Shown here one piece after another: positions 15,205 through 23,608 of a DNA stretch of 32,000 nt. Position 1 is the stretch's first letter, and every line of letters begins with the position of its first letter. The stretch comes from Candidatus Minimicrobia sp. QA0096 (lineage in GTDB: Bacteria > Patescibacteriota > Saccharimonadia > Saccharimonadales > Saccharimonadaceae), in the NCBI RefSeq assembly GCF_963967315.1, contig NZ_OZ017288.1, positions 657,352 through 689,351 of the forward strand, in the 5' to 3' direction. The notes under the pieces were generated by a model. It did not search any database and was not told the origin of the DNA. It saw only the letters and a program-made list of their open reading frames with translations. The translations under genes were made by a program, and so were the position numbers.

Positions 15205-15810
15205 TTAGAACGAGCGAATTTTATTGAAAGGAAATATTCGTAGGCTAACTGGCCCAACGATGTCATAAAGGGGGATCGGTCCCATGCAGTTTCGAGAGTC
15301 GCAAGAATAACTTCCTTGGCGGTGATCGCCCATAACGAATATTGTGCCTTCTGGTACGGTCGTATCGACATCTCCAGAAGTAGGCTGTCCTGGCTCATTT
15401 TTATTGACTAAAGTATCAGGGTTGAATCCGTCGGGATTTTCTGTATTGTAAACGGTTACGTTGCCGTTTTTTACGGTAACTCGTTCGCCGGCAAAGGCAA
15501 TGACTCGCTTGACGATATACTCATCTTTACCTGTCGAAGAATTGAAATTAGGATTCTTAAATACAATTATTTGCCCACGATTTGGAATATAATTTTTATT
15601 TTGCAATTTTGAGCTAGTGACGGGCAATCGATTGACGATCAGGCGATCACCAGTGTACATAGTTGTTTCCATACTGGCGCCTTCAACATTGAAAGTTTGA
15701 AATACAAAAGTGTTCAATAAAAGTGTACCAATCACTACGCCAACAACGAAAATGACCATTCCCAGGCCATCTTGTAATTTTGGATGACGATCCATAAAAG
15801 TAGCGTCCAT
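15205..15810 (-). CDS. lepB: Signal peptidase I
   Basis: Contains GASMETTMYTGDRLIVNR (catalytic Ser box), VKRVIAFAGE (Lys box) and GDHRQGSYSCDSR (GDNR..S.DSR). Start placed at Met31 of the tracked ORF (ATG 15810), since a longer version would overlap the divergent LCP gene. Confidence 0.9.
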   Translation of the reverse strand: MDATFMDRHPKLQDGLGMVIFVVGVVIGTLLLNTFVFQTFNVEGASMETTMYTGDRLIVNRLPVTSSKLQNKNYIPNRGQIIVFKNPNFNSSTGKDEYIVKRVIAFAGERVTVKNGNVTVYNTENPDGFNPDTLVNKNEPGQPTSGDVDTTVPEGTIFVMGDHRQGSYSCDSRNCMGPIPLYDIVGPVSLRIFPFNKIRSF

Positions 15811-15817
15811 TGTTTCA

Positions 15818-15843
15818 ATTATAAGCGTTTTGTGTGTTATAAT
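15818..15843. promoter_or_regulatory. Back-to-back -10 boxes of the divergent lepB and LCP genes (both apparently leaderless)
   Basis: On the minus strand, TATAAT (15818-15823) lies 7 nt before the lepB ATG (15810). On the plus strand, TATAAT (15838-15843) lies 8 nt before the LCP ATG (15852). There is no SD on either side. Confidence 0.5.
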
Positions 15844-15851
15844 CAATAGAT

Positions 15852-17495
15852 ATGAAACCACGCAAACAGTCGATGGACGGATTTGTCGCCAAGCGACCAC
15901 AGCGAACTTCGTTGGGGGAAATTACTAGCAAAAAAACGACTACGCTCGGGCATTCTCGTAGTAACGAAGATAGTCCGCAAGTGTCGAATAATGCGACAAG
16001 AAATATTCAGCAACCAACTTCTGCTAATAAATTAAAGCAGAATATTAGCGAATCGTTGGCGGCGATTGATGAAAACACCCAGCCTTCTCCTCGGCAGGAG
16101 CGTAAGCAGAAGCGTAAGAAAAAGTTAATTACCAGGATTGTTCTTGCGATTATCGGAATTATTATTGCAATTGCAGCTGGTTGGCTGTTGTTGAAGCTTT
16201 GGCATACAATGAACTCAGTATTCCATAACGGTGGAATCTTAGGACTATTTTCGCAGCAGAAGCTGAAAGAGGATGCTTATGGCAGAAGTAATGTGCTGAT
16301 TTTAGGTACAACAGATGACGATCCGGACCATCCAGGTGCGACATTGACTGACTCAATGATGATTCTTAGCGTCAATCAGACAAAGAAGGATGCGTATATG
16401 TTTAGCATTCCGCGTGACTTGTATGTAAAATTTGGCATGGCGTGTAATTCTGGCTACGCTGGTAAAATCAATGAGTATTTTGGTTGTGTAAATAGTGGAG
16501 ATAGCGCACAGGCAGAAGCCGAACGAATGGATAAAACTAAGAAATTCATCGGCGATATATTCGGTATGGATATTCAATACGTGGCGCATATTAATACCGC
16601 GGTAATTCGCGATGCTGTCAATGCGGTCGGCGGAGTTACCGTTGATGTGCAGAGTCGTGATCCACGAGGAATTCTTGATCCAAGTATGGACTGGATGTGC
16701 CGAGCGAAGGAATTGAATTATCAGCAACGTCGCGAACGATGCCCAACGGGTCACTATATGCAATTGACTAACGGCAAGCACGAAATGGACGGCGAAAAAG
16801 CGATGTGGTTCTCTCGAGCGCGTGGTTTGGTGGCACCAACTTACGGATTGGAACAATCTAACTTTGACCGAGAGAAAAACCAGCAATTGGTGCTTATGGC
16901 GCTGAAAAACAAAGCTACTTCCACAGGAACACTGACTGACTTTGGTAAGGTGACGTCTCTTATGGATGCCATGGGCAAAAACTTGCGCACAAACATTGAC
17001 ACGAAAGAAATCCGTACAATTATGAACCTTGGTTCAGAGATAAAAGAATCTGATATTCATAGACTGAGTTTTGTGGATGAAAACAACGTACTTATGACTA
17101 CTGGCACGGTAGGTGGCGCAAGCATAGTCCAGCCGGCTGCGGGATTGTATGATTATAACGACATTCGCGCTTATATAAAATCTGAGATTTACGCAACGCC
17201 GTTATCTAAGGAAAAAGCCACAGTTGCTGTCTTGAATGGTTCCGGCGTGGCTGGTGCAGCACAGAAAGAAGCGGACAAATTGACGGAATTAGGAATGAAA
17301 GTTGTTCATGTTGGCAATGCTCCAGGTAATGAAAAGCTAGGGAAGACTCAAGTTTATCAATTGCCAGCTGGTAAAGAAAAAACCGCCACAAAAGATAAAT
17401 TTAAGGAGTTGTACGGCTCGGTTTCATCAGATTCCTCGAAGTATAATTTGAATGTTGACGCGCAATTTATCGTTGTTGTGGGAACTGGCTCATAA
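15852..17495 (+). CDS. LytR-CpsA-Psr (LCP) family cell-wall glycopolymer ligase with a LytR_C-like C-terminal domain
   Basis: Has a basic cytoplasmic N-terminus and one TM segment. Contains NVLILGTTDDD...TDSMMILSVN...FSIPRDLYV (LCP core). The C-terminal ATVAVLNGSGVAGAAQKEADKLTELGMKV is LytR_C-like. Confidence 0.88.
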   Translation: MKPRKQSMDGFVAKRPQRTSLGEITSKKTTTLGHSRSNEDSPQVSNNATRNIQQPTSANKLKQNISESLAAIDENTQPSPRQERKQKRKKKLITRIVLAIIGIIIAIAAGWLLLKLWHTMNSVFHNGGILGLFSQQKLKEDAYGRSNVLILGTTDDDPDHPGATLTDSMMILSVNQTKKDAYMFSIPRDLYVKFGMACNSGYAGKINEYFGCVNSGDSAQAEAERMDKTKKFIGDIFGMDIQYVAHINTAVIRDAVNAVGGVTVDVQSRDPRGILDPSMDWMCRAKELNYQQRRERCPTGHYMQLTNGKHEMDGEKAMWFSRARGLVAPTYGLEQSNFDREKNQQLVLMALKNKATSTGTLTDFGKVTSLMDAMGKNLRTNIDTKEIRTIMNLGSEIKESDIHRLSFVDENNVLMTTGTVGGASIVQPAAGLYDYNDIRAYIKSEIYATPLSKEKATVAVLNGSGVAGAAQKEADKLTELGMKVVHVGNAPGNEKLGKTQVYQLPAGKEKTATKDKFKELYGSVSSDSSKYNLNVDAQFIVVVGTGS

Positions 17496-17516
17496 TTTGG
17501 TATAATAGAGTAAGTT

Positions 17517-18281
17517 ATGGAGTTACTGAAAACTGTTAAGCGAAGAACGTTTTGGAGCGAATTGGTTTACTATGTCTTAAATATTGGCTTGGCAGCTGCA
17601 TTGCTTGTCATTGCTCAAGCGTTTCAGACTCCATTTCCGGCGTTAGCGCTTGTTGTGCTGAGCAAATGGCGCATAATTGCCGTTCGTCCGCGTTTTTGGT
17701 GGGCAAACATTCAGGCTAACTTGGTTGACTTAACGGTCGGAATTGGTGTTGTTGGTCTGATGTATCTACCTACGTCAGTGTTTTATTTCCGCGTAACATT
17801 GGCAATACTATATGCAATTTGGCTGGTTGTGATTAAGCCGATGTCTAAGCGCTGGCAGGTTGCCATGCAGTCGTTGATCGCTATTTTCGTCGGTGTAACT
17901 GCGCTTATGGTGGTGTCATACGAGTGGCCAGTTTCTGTGGTTGTTATTCTGATGTTCTTGATCGGCTATAGTTCTGCGCGTCATTTCCTACACAGTTATG
18001 ACGAAGAACAAACGGTTTTACTTTCGGCAATCTGGGGACTTGTCTTTGCTGAGCTGGGTTGGCTGTCGTATTATTGGACTTATAGCTATGGAAAGTCATT
18101 ATTTGGCGGCGTTTCACAGGTTACAATAATCCTATTGCTATTCTCGCTCGTCGCCAGTAAAGCTTACCAATCTTACAACAAACACAAAGCTATCCGATTT
18201 TCAGACATATCCGCTCCGGTGATTCTTACTATCGGAATTATCTTAGCGATGCTAGTGTTCTTAAATTCTGTAGTAATTTAA
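17517..18281 (+). CDS. Polytopic membrane protein of unknown function (about 7 TM segments)
   Basis: Hydrophobic helices run throughout. TGGTATAAT (17498-17506) lies 10 nt upstream of the ATG. No recognisable motif. Confidence 0.6.
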   Translation: MELLKTVKRRTFWSELVYYVLNIGLAAALLVIAQAFQTPFPALALVVLSKWRIIAVRPRFWWANIQANLVDLTVGIGVVGLMYLPTSVFYFRVTLAILYAIWLVVIKPMSKRWQVAMQSLIAIFVGVTALMVVSYEWPVSVVVILMFLIGYSSARHFLHSYDEEQTVLLSAIWGLVFAELGWLSYYWTYSYGKSLFGGVSQVTIILLLFSLVASKAYQSYNKHKAIRFSDISAPVILTIGIILAMLVFLNSVVI

Positions 18282-19105
18282 TACTGCTGAGCACCCACAA
18301 ATCTTAAAACTAAAATGTAATTTAAGATTCTTTCTTTTATGAAGCCTTTTTTTGTAGCTTCGTCAATTATTCTATTGTGCTGCTGAGGATCTGCCTCTAT
18401 GAATAATAATCCATCTGGAGTAAGGCATTTTGGTGCTTGTGAGATCAATTGCAATATCAATTTCAATCCTTCGTCTTCGGCGAAAAGCGCAATTTCTGGT
18501 TCGTATTGAAGTTCTGGAGATACGTCCCAATTTTTGTCAACGTAAGGCAAATTGGCAAAGATATAGTCGACTGGTTTGAGTTGGCCATTAAGTAATGATT
18601 GCTGTTGAATATGGACGTCCGCATTTAAGGCATTCGCATTTTTTTCTGCAATATTTAAGGCTGGTTTGCTGATATCGGATAAAATTACCGACAAGTTACT
18701 CCTCTCTAATTTGGCAGTAATTCCCAGACAGCCAGATCCTGCGCCAACGTCAATTAAAACTTTTTCGGCAATTTCGCTGGCGGTCAGTTCTAAGAACAAT
18801 GAAATCAGATCTTCGGATTCAGGGCGGGGAATTAAAACGGAAGGAGATACGGTAAATCTACGGCCGTAAAATTCTTTATAGCCCAGAATGTAGGCGATCG
18901 GTACGCGGTCTAATCTTAGGTCTAATCTGGCATTTGCGATGTCAAATCTTCTGGGGTCAATTTCTTCGTCTAGGTGAGCGTGTAGGTAAGTGCGGTTTTT
19001 TCGTAAAGTGTTGGCTAATATCAATTCAGCGTCTAATCTGGCGGACGGGATGTTTGCCGTTTTTAAGGATTTTGTGGCAATTTTTAGCCATTCAGAGATA
19101 ATCAT
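18278..19105 (-). CDS. prmC: Release-factor glutamine N5-methyltransferase PrmC/HemK
   Basis: Has the HemK N-terminal helical domain (ARLDAELIL...), the SAM motif LIDVGAGSGCLGI, and the catalytic motif IV as NLPY (canonical NPPY). The gene lies near prfA. Confidence 0.88.
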   Translation of the reverse strand: MIISEWLKIATKSLKTANIPSARLDAELILANTLRKNRTYLHAHLDEEIDPRRFDIANARLDLRLDRVPIAYILGYKEFYGRRFTVSPSVLIPRPESEDLISLFLELTASEIAEKVLIDVGAGSGCLGITAKLERSNLSVILSDISKPALNIAEKNANALNADVHIQQQSLLNGQLKPVDYIFANLPYVDKNWDVSPELQYEPEIALFAEDEGLKLILQLISQAPKCLTPDGLLFIEADPQQHNRIIDEATKKGFIKERILNYILVLRFVGAQQY

Positions 19106-19162
19106 GTTGCTAATTATAACATATATCTATGGAATGTAAAAAGCGAGGGAAGATAGACGATA

Positions 19163-19191
19163 TTGACAAATAAAGAAAAAGATAGTATTGT
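19163..19191 (+). promoter_or_regulatory. Candidate promoter TTGACA-17-TATTGT for the orphan ORF at 19236
   Basis: TTGACA at 19163-19168, a 17-nt spacer, and TATTGT at 19186-19191. Confidence 0.5.
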
Positions 19192-19235
19192 ACAGATATA
19201 TTATTAAGCAGAAGAAAAGGATTATATTAGATAAT

Positions 19236-19565
19236 ATGACAAAAAAGTATGAGCTTCCTATCGCTAACGTGGTTATGGGAATAGGTCTTGAAACAGGGGC
19301 TGATTATGGATGGAATAGGACTAAAGAGACTCCAGTTGTAACAGTAGAGAGTGATACTGATGTGTTGTTGAATCAACGAGAGGAAGAGCGTCGAGAGATG
19401 ACCCCCGAGGAGCAGAAGGCAGCTGATGAAGCGGCAATTAAGAGTTTGTACGGAAAATATAAACGGCGCGCTAGCGACGAATCTTTAAGTCTTGACGACC
19501 GTGATAAGTGGAGTGAGGCTGCGCTTGATTTAGAATTTAGGAATCCAGACCTCTTTAATGATTAG
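19236..19565 (+). CDS. Hypothetical charged protein (109 aa)
   Basis: This is the first ATG downstream of the consensus-like promoter. The tracked start at 19188 is a TTG inside the -10 box. The 3' end overlaps the prfA 3' end by 11 nt in convergent orientation. No recognisable motif. Confidence 0.45.
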   Translation: MTKKYELPIANVVMGIGLETGADYGWNRTKETPVVTVESDTDVLLNQREEERREMTPEEQKAADEAAIKSLYGKYKRRASDESLSLDDRDKWSEAALDLEFRNPDLFND

Positions 19566-20625
19566 CATTCTGAGCTTTCAGCTCACGCTCATATCTCTGT
19601 AGATTTTCAATCAAATCATCGATATCCCCGTTCATTGCAGCGGGGATATTGCTGCGGCTGTAGTGAATGCGGTGGTCGGTGATTCGGTCTTGCGGGAAGT
19701 TGTAGGTTCGGATTTTTTCCGAGCGGTCGCCAGTTCCGACCAACGAGCGTCGCTCGGCGCTTAATTTGGCGTTTTCCTCGTCAATTTTCATCTGCAACAA
19801 TCGCGAACGAAGCACGCTCATGGCTTTTTCGCGGTTTTTAATTTGCGATTTTTCGTCTTGGTTTGTGACGATCATTCCAGTCGGCAAGTGGGTGATTCGC
19901 ACTGCTGAGTCTGTGGTATTCACGCTCTGTCCGCCGTGTCCGCTGGAGCGGTAAATGTCAACGCGCAAATCGTTCGGATTTATTTCAATGTCAGCCTCTT
20001 CTGCTTCTGGTAAAACTGCTACTGTTACGGTTGAAGTATGGACGCGGCCTTGGCTTTCGGTTACTGGTATGCGCTGGACTCGGTGAACGCCACCTTCGAA
20101 CTTCAATTTAGCATACGGTGCATCGCCTTTGATCATGAAAATTACTTCTTTATAGCCACCAGAATCATTGGCTGATTCGTTAATTAGCTCTATTTTATAG
20201 CCATTAGACTCACACCAGCGTAAATACATGCGGTACAGTTCCGCCGCGAATAGGGAGGCCTCATCGCCGCCAGCCCCAGCGCGGATTTCCATGATGATAT
20301 TTTTCTCGTCATTAGGATCTTTGGGTGTGAGTAAGATGAATAATTCTTCTTCCAGTTCAGCTAATCGGGTTTCAATTTCAGTGATTTCAAGCTTCGCTAA
20401 AGCAGCCAGCTCTCCACCCTCGTTTGCTAATTCTTTGGCTTCTGCTAAGTTTTTTTCTAAGTTTTCTCGTTCTTCACCCTTTGATATAAGTGTTTCCAGT
20501 TCTGAAAATCGTTTATTTTTTGTGGTAAAATCAGGTGAGCTATAGGCGTCAGGTTGCGCCAGAAAATTGCTCAAATCAGCTCGCTCACTTTTCAGAGAAT
20601 TCATATCTAAAGAAATCTTCGCCAT
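19555..20625 (-). CDS. prfA: Peptide chain release factor 1
   Basis: Contains the GGQ motif ([23 protein letters not shown]) and the RF1-type PxT tripeptide ([14 protein letters not shown]). Confidence 0.97.
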   Translation of the reverse strand: MAKISLDMNSLKSERADLSNFLAQPDAYSSPDFTTKNKRFSELETLISKGEERENLEKNLAEAKELANEGGELAALAKLEITEIETRLAELEEELFILLTPKDPNDEKNIIMEIRAGAGGDEASLFAAELYRMYLRWCESNGYKIELINESANDSGGYKEVIFMIKGDAPYAKLKFEGGVHRVQRIPVTESQGRVHTSTVTVAVLPEAEEADIEINPNDLRVDIYRSSGHGGQSVNTTDSAVRITHLPTGMIVTNQDEKSQIKNREKAMSVLRSRLLQMKIDEENAKLSAERRSLVGTGDRSEKIRTYNFPQDRITDHRIHYSRSNIPAAMNGDIDDLIENLQRYERELKAQNANH

Positions 20626-20647
20626 ATCTATAGAATTATATCATACA

Positions 20648-20676
20648 TTGACAAATGTTTCCTTGTATTATATTAT
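20648..20676 (+). promoter_or_regulatory. Candidate promoter TTGACA-17-TATTAT for the ParB/Srx-like gene (leaderless geometry)
   Basis: TTGACA at 20648-20653, a 17-nt spacer, and TATTAT at 20671-20676. GTG 20684 and ATG 20687 follow after 7-10 nt. Confidence 0.55.
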
Positions 20677-20683
20677 ATAGACC

Positions 20684-21286
20684 GTGATGAGAGAATACGA
20701 GGACAATTCGCATAACTTGGTTTACGAAAATGCTGATAAGTCGGCGTTTCGCGATGTTGGAGAGCCATCTGAACTGATGCGATGTATTGGAAATCTTCCA
20801 GAAGCTATACCAGCAAACGATCCGAGAGTTGATTTGATTGTGAAGAGTTTGTCTAAGATTGACGCTCATCCAATAGCGAAGCCTGTTCCACTACGCGATT
20901 TAAATGAATTAATTAAAGATAATATTGTCAGTGAAACGAAAATATCCATATATGAGGGTGGGTGGCCTGACATGAGAGCGATTCCGGGATCTGACATTCC
21001 GTTGCCGGTTGAGTTATTTGTGGCTGCACCGATGATTAAAGATTGGCGAGAAGGGCGAGTGTCGGAATCGAAAGGTGGGAAAAGCAGCCGCGATATTATT
21101 AGACAATACGCAGGAATGAATCCGAAAACTAGCCCTCCAATACGCAGTGTAGATGTTGTTGTGGATTCTGATGGCGGAGTATTTTTAGCTTTACAAGGGG
21201 ATGGTGCTCACCGCTTATGTGCTGCAAAAATGCGGGGAGACCGTGAAATATTATGTCGCGAGATAAGTATTGTCAGATTGAACTAA
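20684..21286 (+). CDS. Hypothetical protein with a C-terminal ParB/sulfiredoxin-like domain
   Basis: The C-terminal SPPIRSVDVVVDSDGGVFLALQGDGAHRLCAAKMRGDREILCREISIV fits the ParB N-terminal/Srx fold pattern (P.......y.l.DG.HR..AA...G...i...v). The N-terminal 130 aa show no recognisable motif. Confidence 0.5.
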   Translation: MMREYEDNSHNLVYENADKSAFRDVGEPSELMRCIGNLPEAIPANDPRVDLIVKSLSKIDAHPIAKPVPLRDLNELIKDNIVSETKISIYEGGWPDMRAIPGSDIPLPVELFVAAPMIKDWREGRVSESKGGKSSRDIIRQYAGMNPKTSPPIRSVDVVVDSDGGVFLALQGDGAHRLCAAKMRGDREILCREISIVRLN

Positions 21287-21294
21287 CGTAAAAT

Positions 21295-21321
21295 AAAACC
21301 GCCCAGTGATTGAGCGGTTTT
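21295..21321. terminator. Bidirectional intrinsic terminator between the ParB/Srx-like gene and rpmE
   Basis: AAAACCGC (21295-21302) pairs with GCGGTTTT (21314-21321) with an 11-nt loop. The A-run and T-run flanks allow function on both strands. Confidence 0.6.
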
Positions 21322-21346
21322 TGGATTGTCGGACTAATTTGTCAGA

Positions 21347-21691
21347 TTATTTAGTCTTTTTATCTGATTTTGGAGAATCAGTTTTAGCTGCTTTTTTAGC
21401 GTTAGCTTTTTTTGCTTTGTTTGCCAAAGCTGCTTTACGAGCTTCAGCGGCTGCTTGACGAGCCTTAAAGCGATCAACACGACCTTCGGTGTCGATAATC
21501 TTTTCCTCACCAGTAAAGAATGGGTGTGAAGCTGATGAAATGTGAACCTTAACCAATGGATATTCGTTGCCGTCTTCCCATTTGATGGTTTCGGTTGTTT
21601 GCGCTGTTGACTGAGTCAAGAACGCGAAGCCCGCTTGTTCGTCGCTAAATACGACAGGGCGATAGTTCTGTGGGTGAATACTGCTTTTCAT
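21347..21691 (-). CDS. rpmE: 50S ribosomal protein L31, type B (no zinc motif), with a Lys/Ala-rich C-terminal extension
   Basis: [29 protein letters not shown]...[35 protein letters not shown] matches type-B L31, with no CxxC. An extra ~35-aa tail follows: [36 protein letters not shown]. Confidence 0.92.
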   Translation of the reverse strand: MKSSIHPQNYRPVVFSDEQAGFAFLTQSTAQTTETIKWEDGNEYPLVKVHISSASHPFFTGEEKIIDTEGRVDRFKARQAAAEARKAALANKAKKANAKKAAKTDSPKSDKKTK

Positions 21692-21700
21692 AACTGTTCA

Positions 21701-21729
21701 ATTGTACATAATTTATCGGAAAATGTCAA
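21701..21729 (-). promoter_or_regulatory. Consensus-like promoter for rpmE (TTGACA-17-TACAAT), leaderless geometry
   Basis: On the minus strand, TTGACA is at 21729-21724, followed by a 17-nt spacer and TACAAT at 21706-21701. The ATG (21691) follows after 9 nt, with no SD. Confidence 0.6.
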
Positions 21730-21782
21730 AAGTCCGTAACCTTAACTTTGCTATTTTGGCGAAATTATGACATAATATAGAT

Positions 21783-22769
21783 ATGATTGAGTTACCGACT
21801 AATCCTGATGCTTTGAGTGAGTTAAGTCCAGTGGCGCCGCCAAAGTTATTATCGCAGGCTCAAGACGCTAGTCGAGATAATCTTATGGTCTATGTAAAAG
21901 CGGATAATTATCTGGGCACGGAAACGAGCGATCCTTCATTTATGGAAAGTCGATGTAAAACGACTGAATACGAAGCGATAAATGATTTTGTGCAATTTAT
22001 AGAGATGATAAAGCATTATTTACCTGATTATATGGAGGATTGCGCTAAAGAATTAATAGATGAATTGGCGTTTTTGGGCGTGCCGGAACTAAATTTCGCA
22101 GCAAACGCGTTAGCAAAAAGGCTGAGGTATCATTTGGAGGTTGATAATAAGCCAGTTTATATTGACGTAGGAAATTCGCTAAGTCAGTATCGTGCTAAAA
22201 ACGAGATGAAAAGTAGTCAGTATATTTTAAGTCTGGTCTTGTCTAAATTTCCAGACGATGAATTCGAAGAATATGAAGGTAGACTGAAAGTGTATGGCGG
22301 TAGGGGTGAGATTGGCAAGAGTTCTAAGATTTTATTTCTTGATGATTGGATTGTTAGTGGTGATCAGGTAAAGGAGCGAATTGCAGGATTTGAAGTGGAT
22401 AATGATCCTGAGGGCCATGAGGCAAGTGTTTTGGTTATGGCGGCTAGTGGAGATTATCTTGATAACGGCATAAGTGCGTACTCTCAGTATGGAGGAGCGA
22501 CATATTCTGTAGAGGCTTGCTACAGACTCAAGAATAGTCCTGATGCTGGGGGTATGAGTAGAGTGACAGGCATACATTCTTCGACCGATAACACATTTGG
22601 CTATGAAGTTGATGGTATAGCGTACTGTGCTATCGAAAGAGGAATTCTCAAAGGAGAGGGAATTGATGAGCTAAGTCTGCCTGCATTGGCAAATATAGTA
22701 CGGCCGTATCGAAATGGTGAGAATTTTGACGGTTTGTCGCGATTTAGACAATTGTTAGAGAAAGAGTAA
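21783..22769 (+). CDS. Hypothetical protein with a type-I phosphoribosyltransferase-like core (degenerate PRPP loop)
   Basis: ELAFLGVPELNFAANALAKRL is followed about 85 aa later by KILFLDDWIVSGDQV. This reproduces the spacing and pattern of PRT proteins (..vgVP.g...A..lA..l / vllvDDv.tTG.T), but with SGDQ in place of TG.T. CATAAT lies 6 nt before the ATG. Confidence 0.45.
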   Translation: MIELPTNPDALSELSPVAPPKLLSQAQDASRDNLMVYVKADNYLGTETSDPSFMESRCKTTEYEAINDFVQFIEMIKHYLPDYMEDCAKELIDELAFLGVPELNFAANALAKRLRYHLEVDNKPVYIDVGNSLSQYRAKNEMKSSQYILSLVLSKFPDDEFEEYEGRLKVYGGRGEIGKSSKILFLDDWIVSGDQVKERIAGFEVDNDPEGHEASVLVMAASGDYLDNGISAYSQYGGATYSVEACYRLKNSPDAGGMSRVTGIHSSTDNTFGYEVDGIAYCAIERGILKGEGIDELSLPALANIVRPYRNGENFDGLSRFRQLLEKE

Positions 22770-22878
22770 TATTTGCAGATTTATTGACTATTTGGTATAA
22801 TTGCCAAGTAACTAATTTTAATGACACAATCCGTTTCACACTCCAAATCGTGGGCGGATGAGGCAAAAGGAGAAGAGA

Positions 22879-23607
22879 ATGTCTGTAAAGGTAGACATTA
22901 AGGCTTTGCTGGAGTCAGGTGTTCATTTTGGACACAAAACCAGCCGCTGGCACCCAAAGATGGCGCCATATATTCACAGTAAGCGTCAGGATAGTCACAT
23001 TATTGACTTGACTAAGACCGTTGAAGCTTTGGATAAGGCTTTGCCGGAATTGACAAAGATTGCTGCATCAGGCCGCAAGGTTTTGTTTGTTGGTACTAAA
23101 AAACAAGCTAAAGACGTTGTTCGTGAAGCAGCTGAAAAGATCAACCAGCCATACGTAGTTGAGCGCTGGATTGGTGGTATGTTGACTAACGGTTCAACTA
23201 TTGCTCAGCAAATTAAGAAGCTGAAGAATCTTGAAAAGCGAATGGCTTCAGGTGATTTGGAAAAGCGTTACAATAAGCTTGAGGTGCAGCGTTTCCAAGA
23301 GGAAATCGACAGCTTGAATATGAAATATGGCGGCATCAAGGATTTGATGGGCAAGCCAGGCGCTGTTGTTGTAGTTGACGCATTGACCGACGCAAATGCA
23401 GTTCGCGAGGCTCAAACTTTGGGCGTTCCAGTATTTGCAATTGTTGACACCAACGTTAACCCAACGGGAATTGATTACGTAATTCCAGGTAATGACGACG
23501 CCGTTAAGGGTATTCAATTGCTATTAGATTACTTCACCGCAGCTGTTGCTGAAGGTGCAGGTAGCGTAAAGGTTGAAGAAAAACCAGCTAAAAAAGAGGA
23601 GAAATAG
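22879..23607 (+). CDS. rpsB: 30S ribosomal protein S2
   Basis: Start placed at ATG 22879 behind AAAGGAGAAG. Contains LLESGVHFGHKTSRWHPKMAPYI, ERWIGGMLTN and VVVDALTDANAVREAQTLGVPVFAIVDTN. Confidence 0.96.
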   Translation: MSVKVDIKALLESGVHFGHKTSRWHPKMAPYIHSKRQDSHIIDLTKTVEALDKALPELTKIAASGRKVLFVGTKKQAKDVVREAAEKINQPYVVERWIGGMLTNGSTIAQQIKKLKNLEKRMASGDLEKRYNKLEVQRFQEEIDSLNMKYGGIKDLMGKPGAVVVVDALTDANAVREAQTLGVPVFAIVDTNVNPTGIDYVIPGNDDAVKGIQLLLDYFTAAVAEGAGSVKVEEKPAKKEEK

Positions 23608-23608
23608 G

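Noticed and set aside
15811-15900. A 30-codon N-terminal extension of lepB that overlaps the LCP gene start.
   Set aside because: Met31 is preceded by TATAAT in leaderless geometry. The extension would overlap the divergent gene and adds no signal-peptidase feature.
16353-16886. A 177-aa antisense ORF inside the LCP gene. Similar cases are 23588-24124 (antisense to tsf), 24657-25112 (antisense to recF), 27127-27621 (antisense to rseP) and 29552-30001 (antisense to proS).
   Set aside because: All of them lie fully inside strongly supported genes on the other strand and lack start-site signals and recognisable domains.
22800-22878. A possible hairpin, CCGTTTCAC...GTGGGCGG, in the rpsB leader, considered as an S2 autoregulatory element.
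   Set aside because: The pairing is imperfect and relies on several G-U pairs and a bulge. I cannot match it to the known rpsB leader structure without a covariance model.
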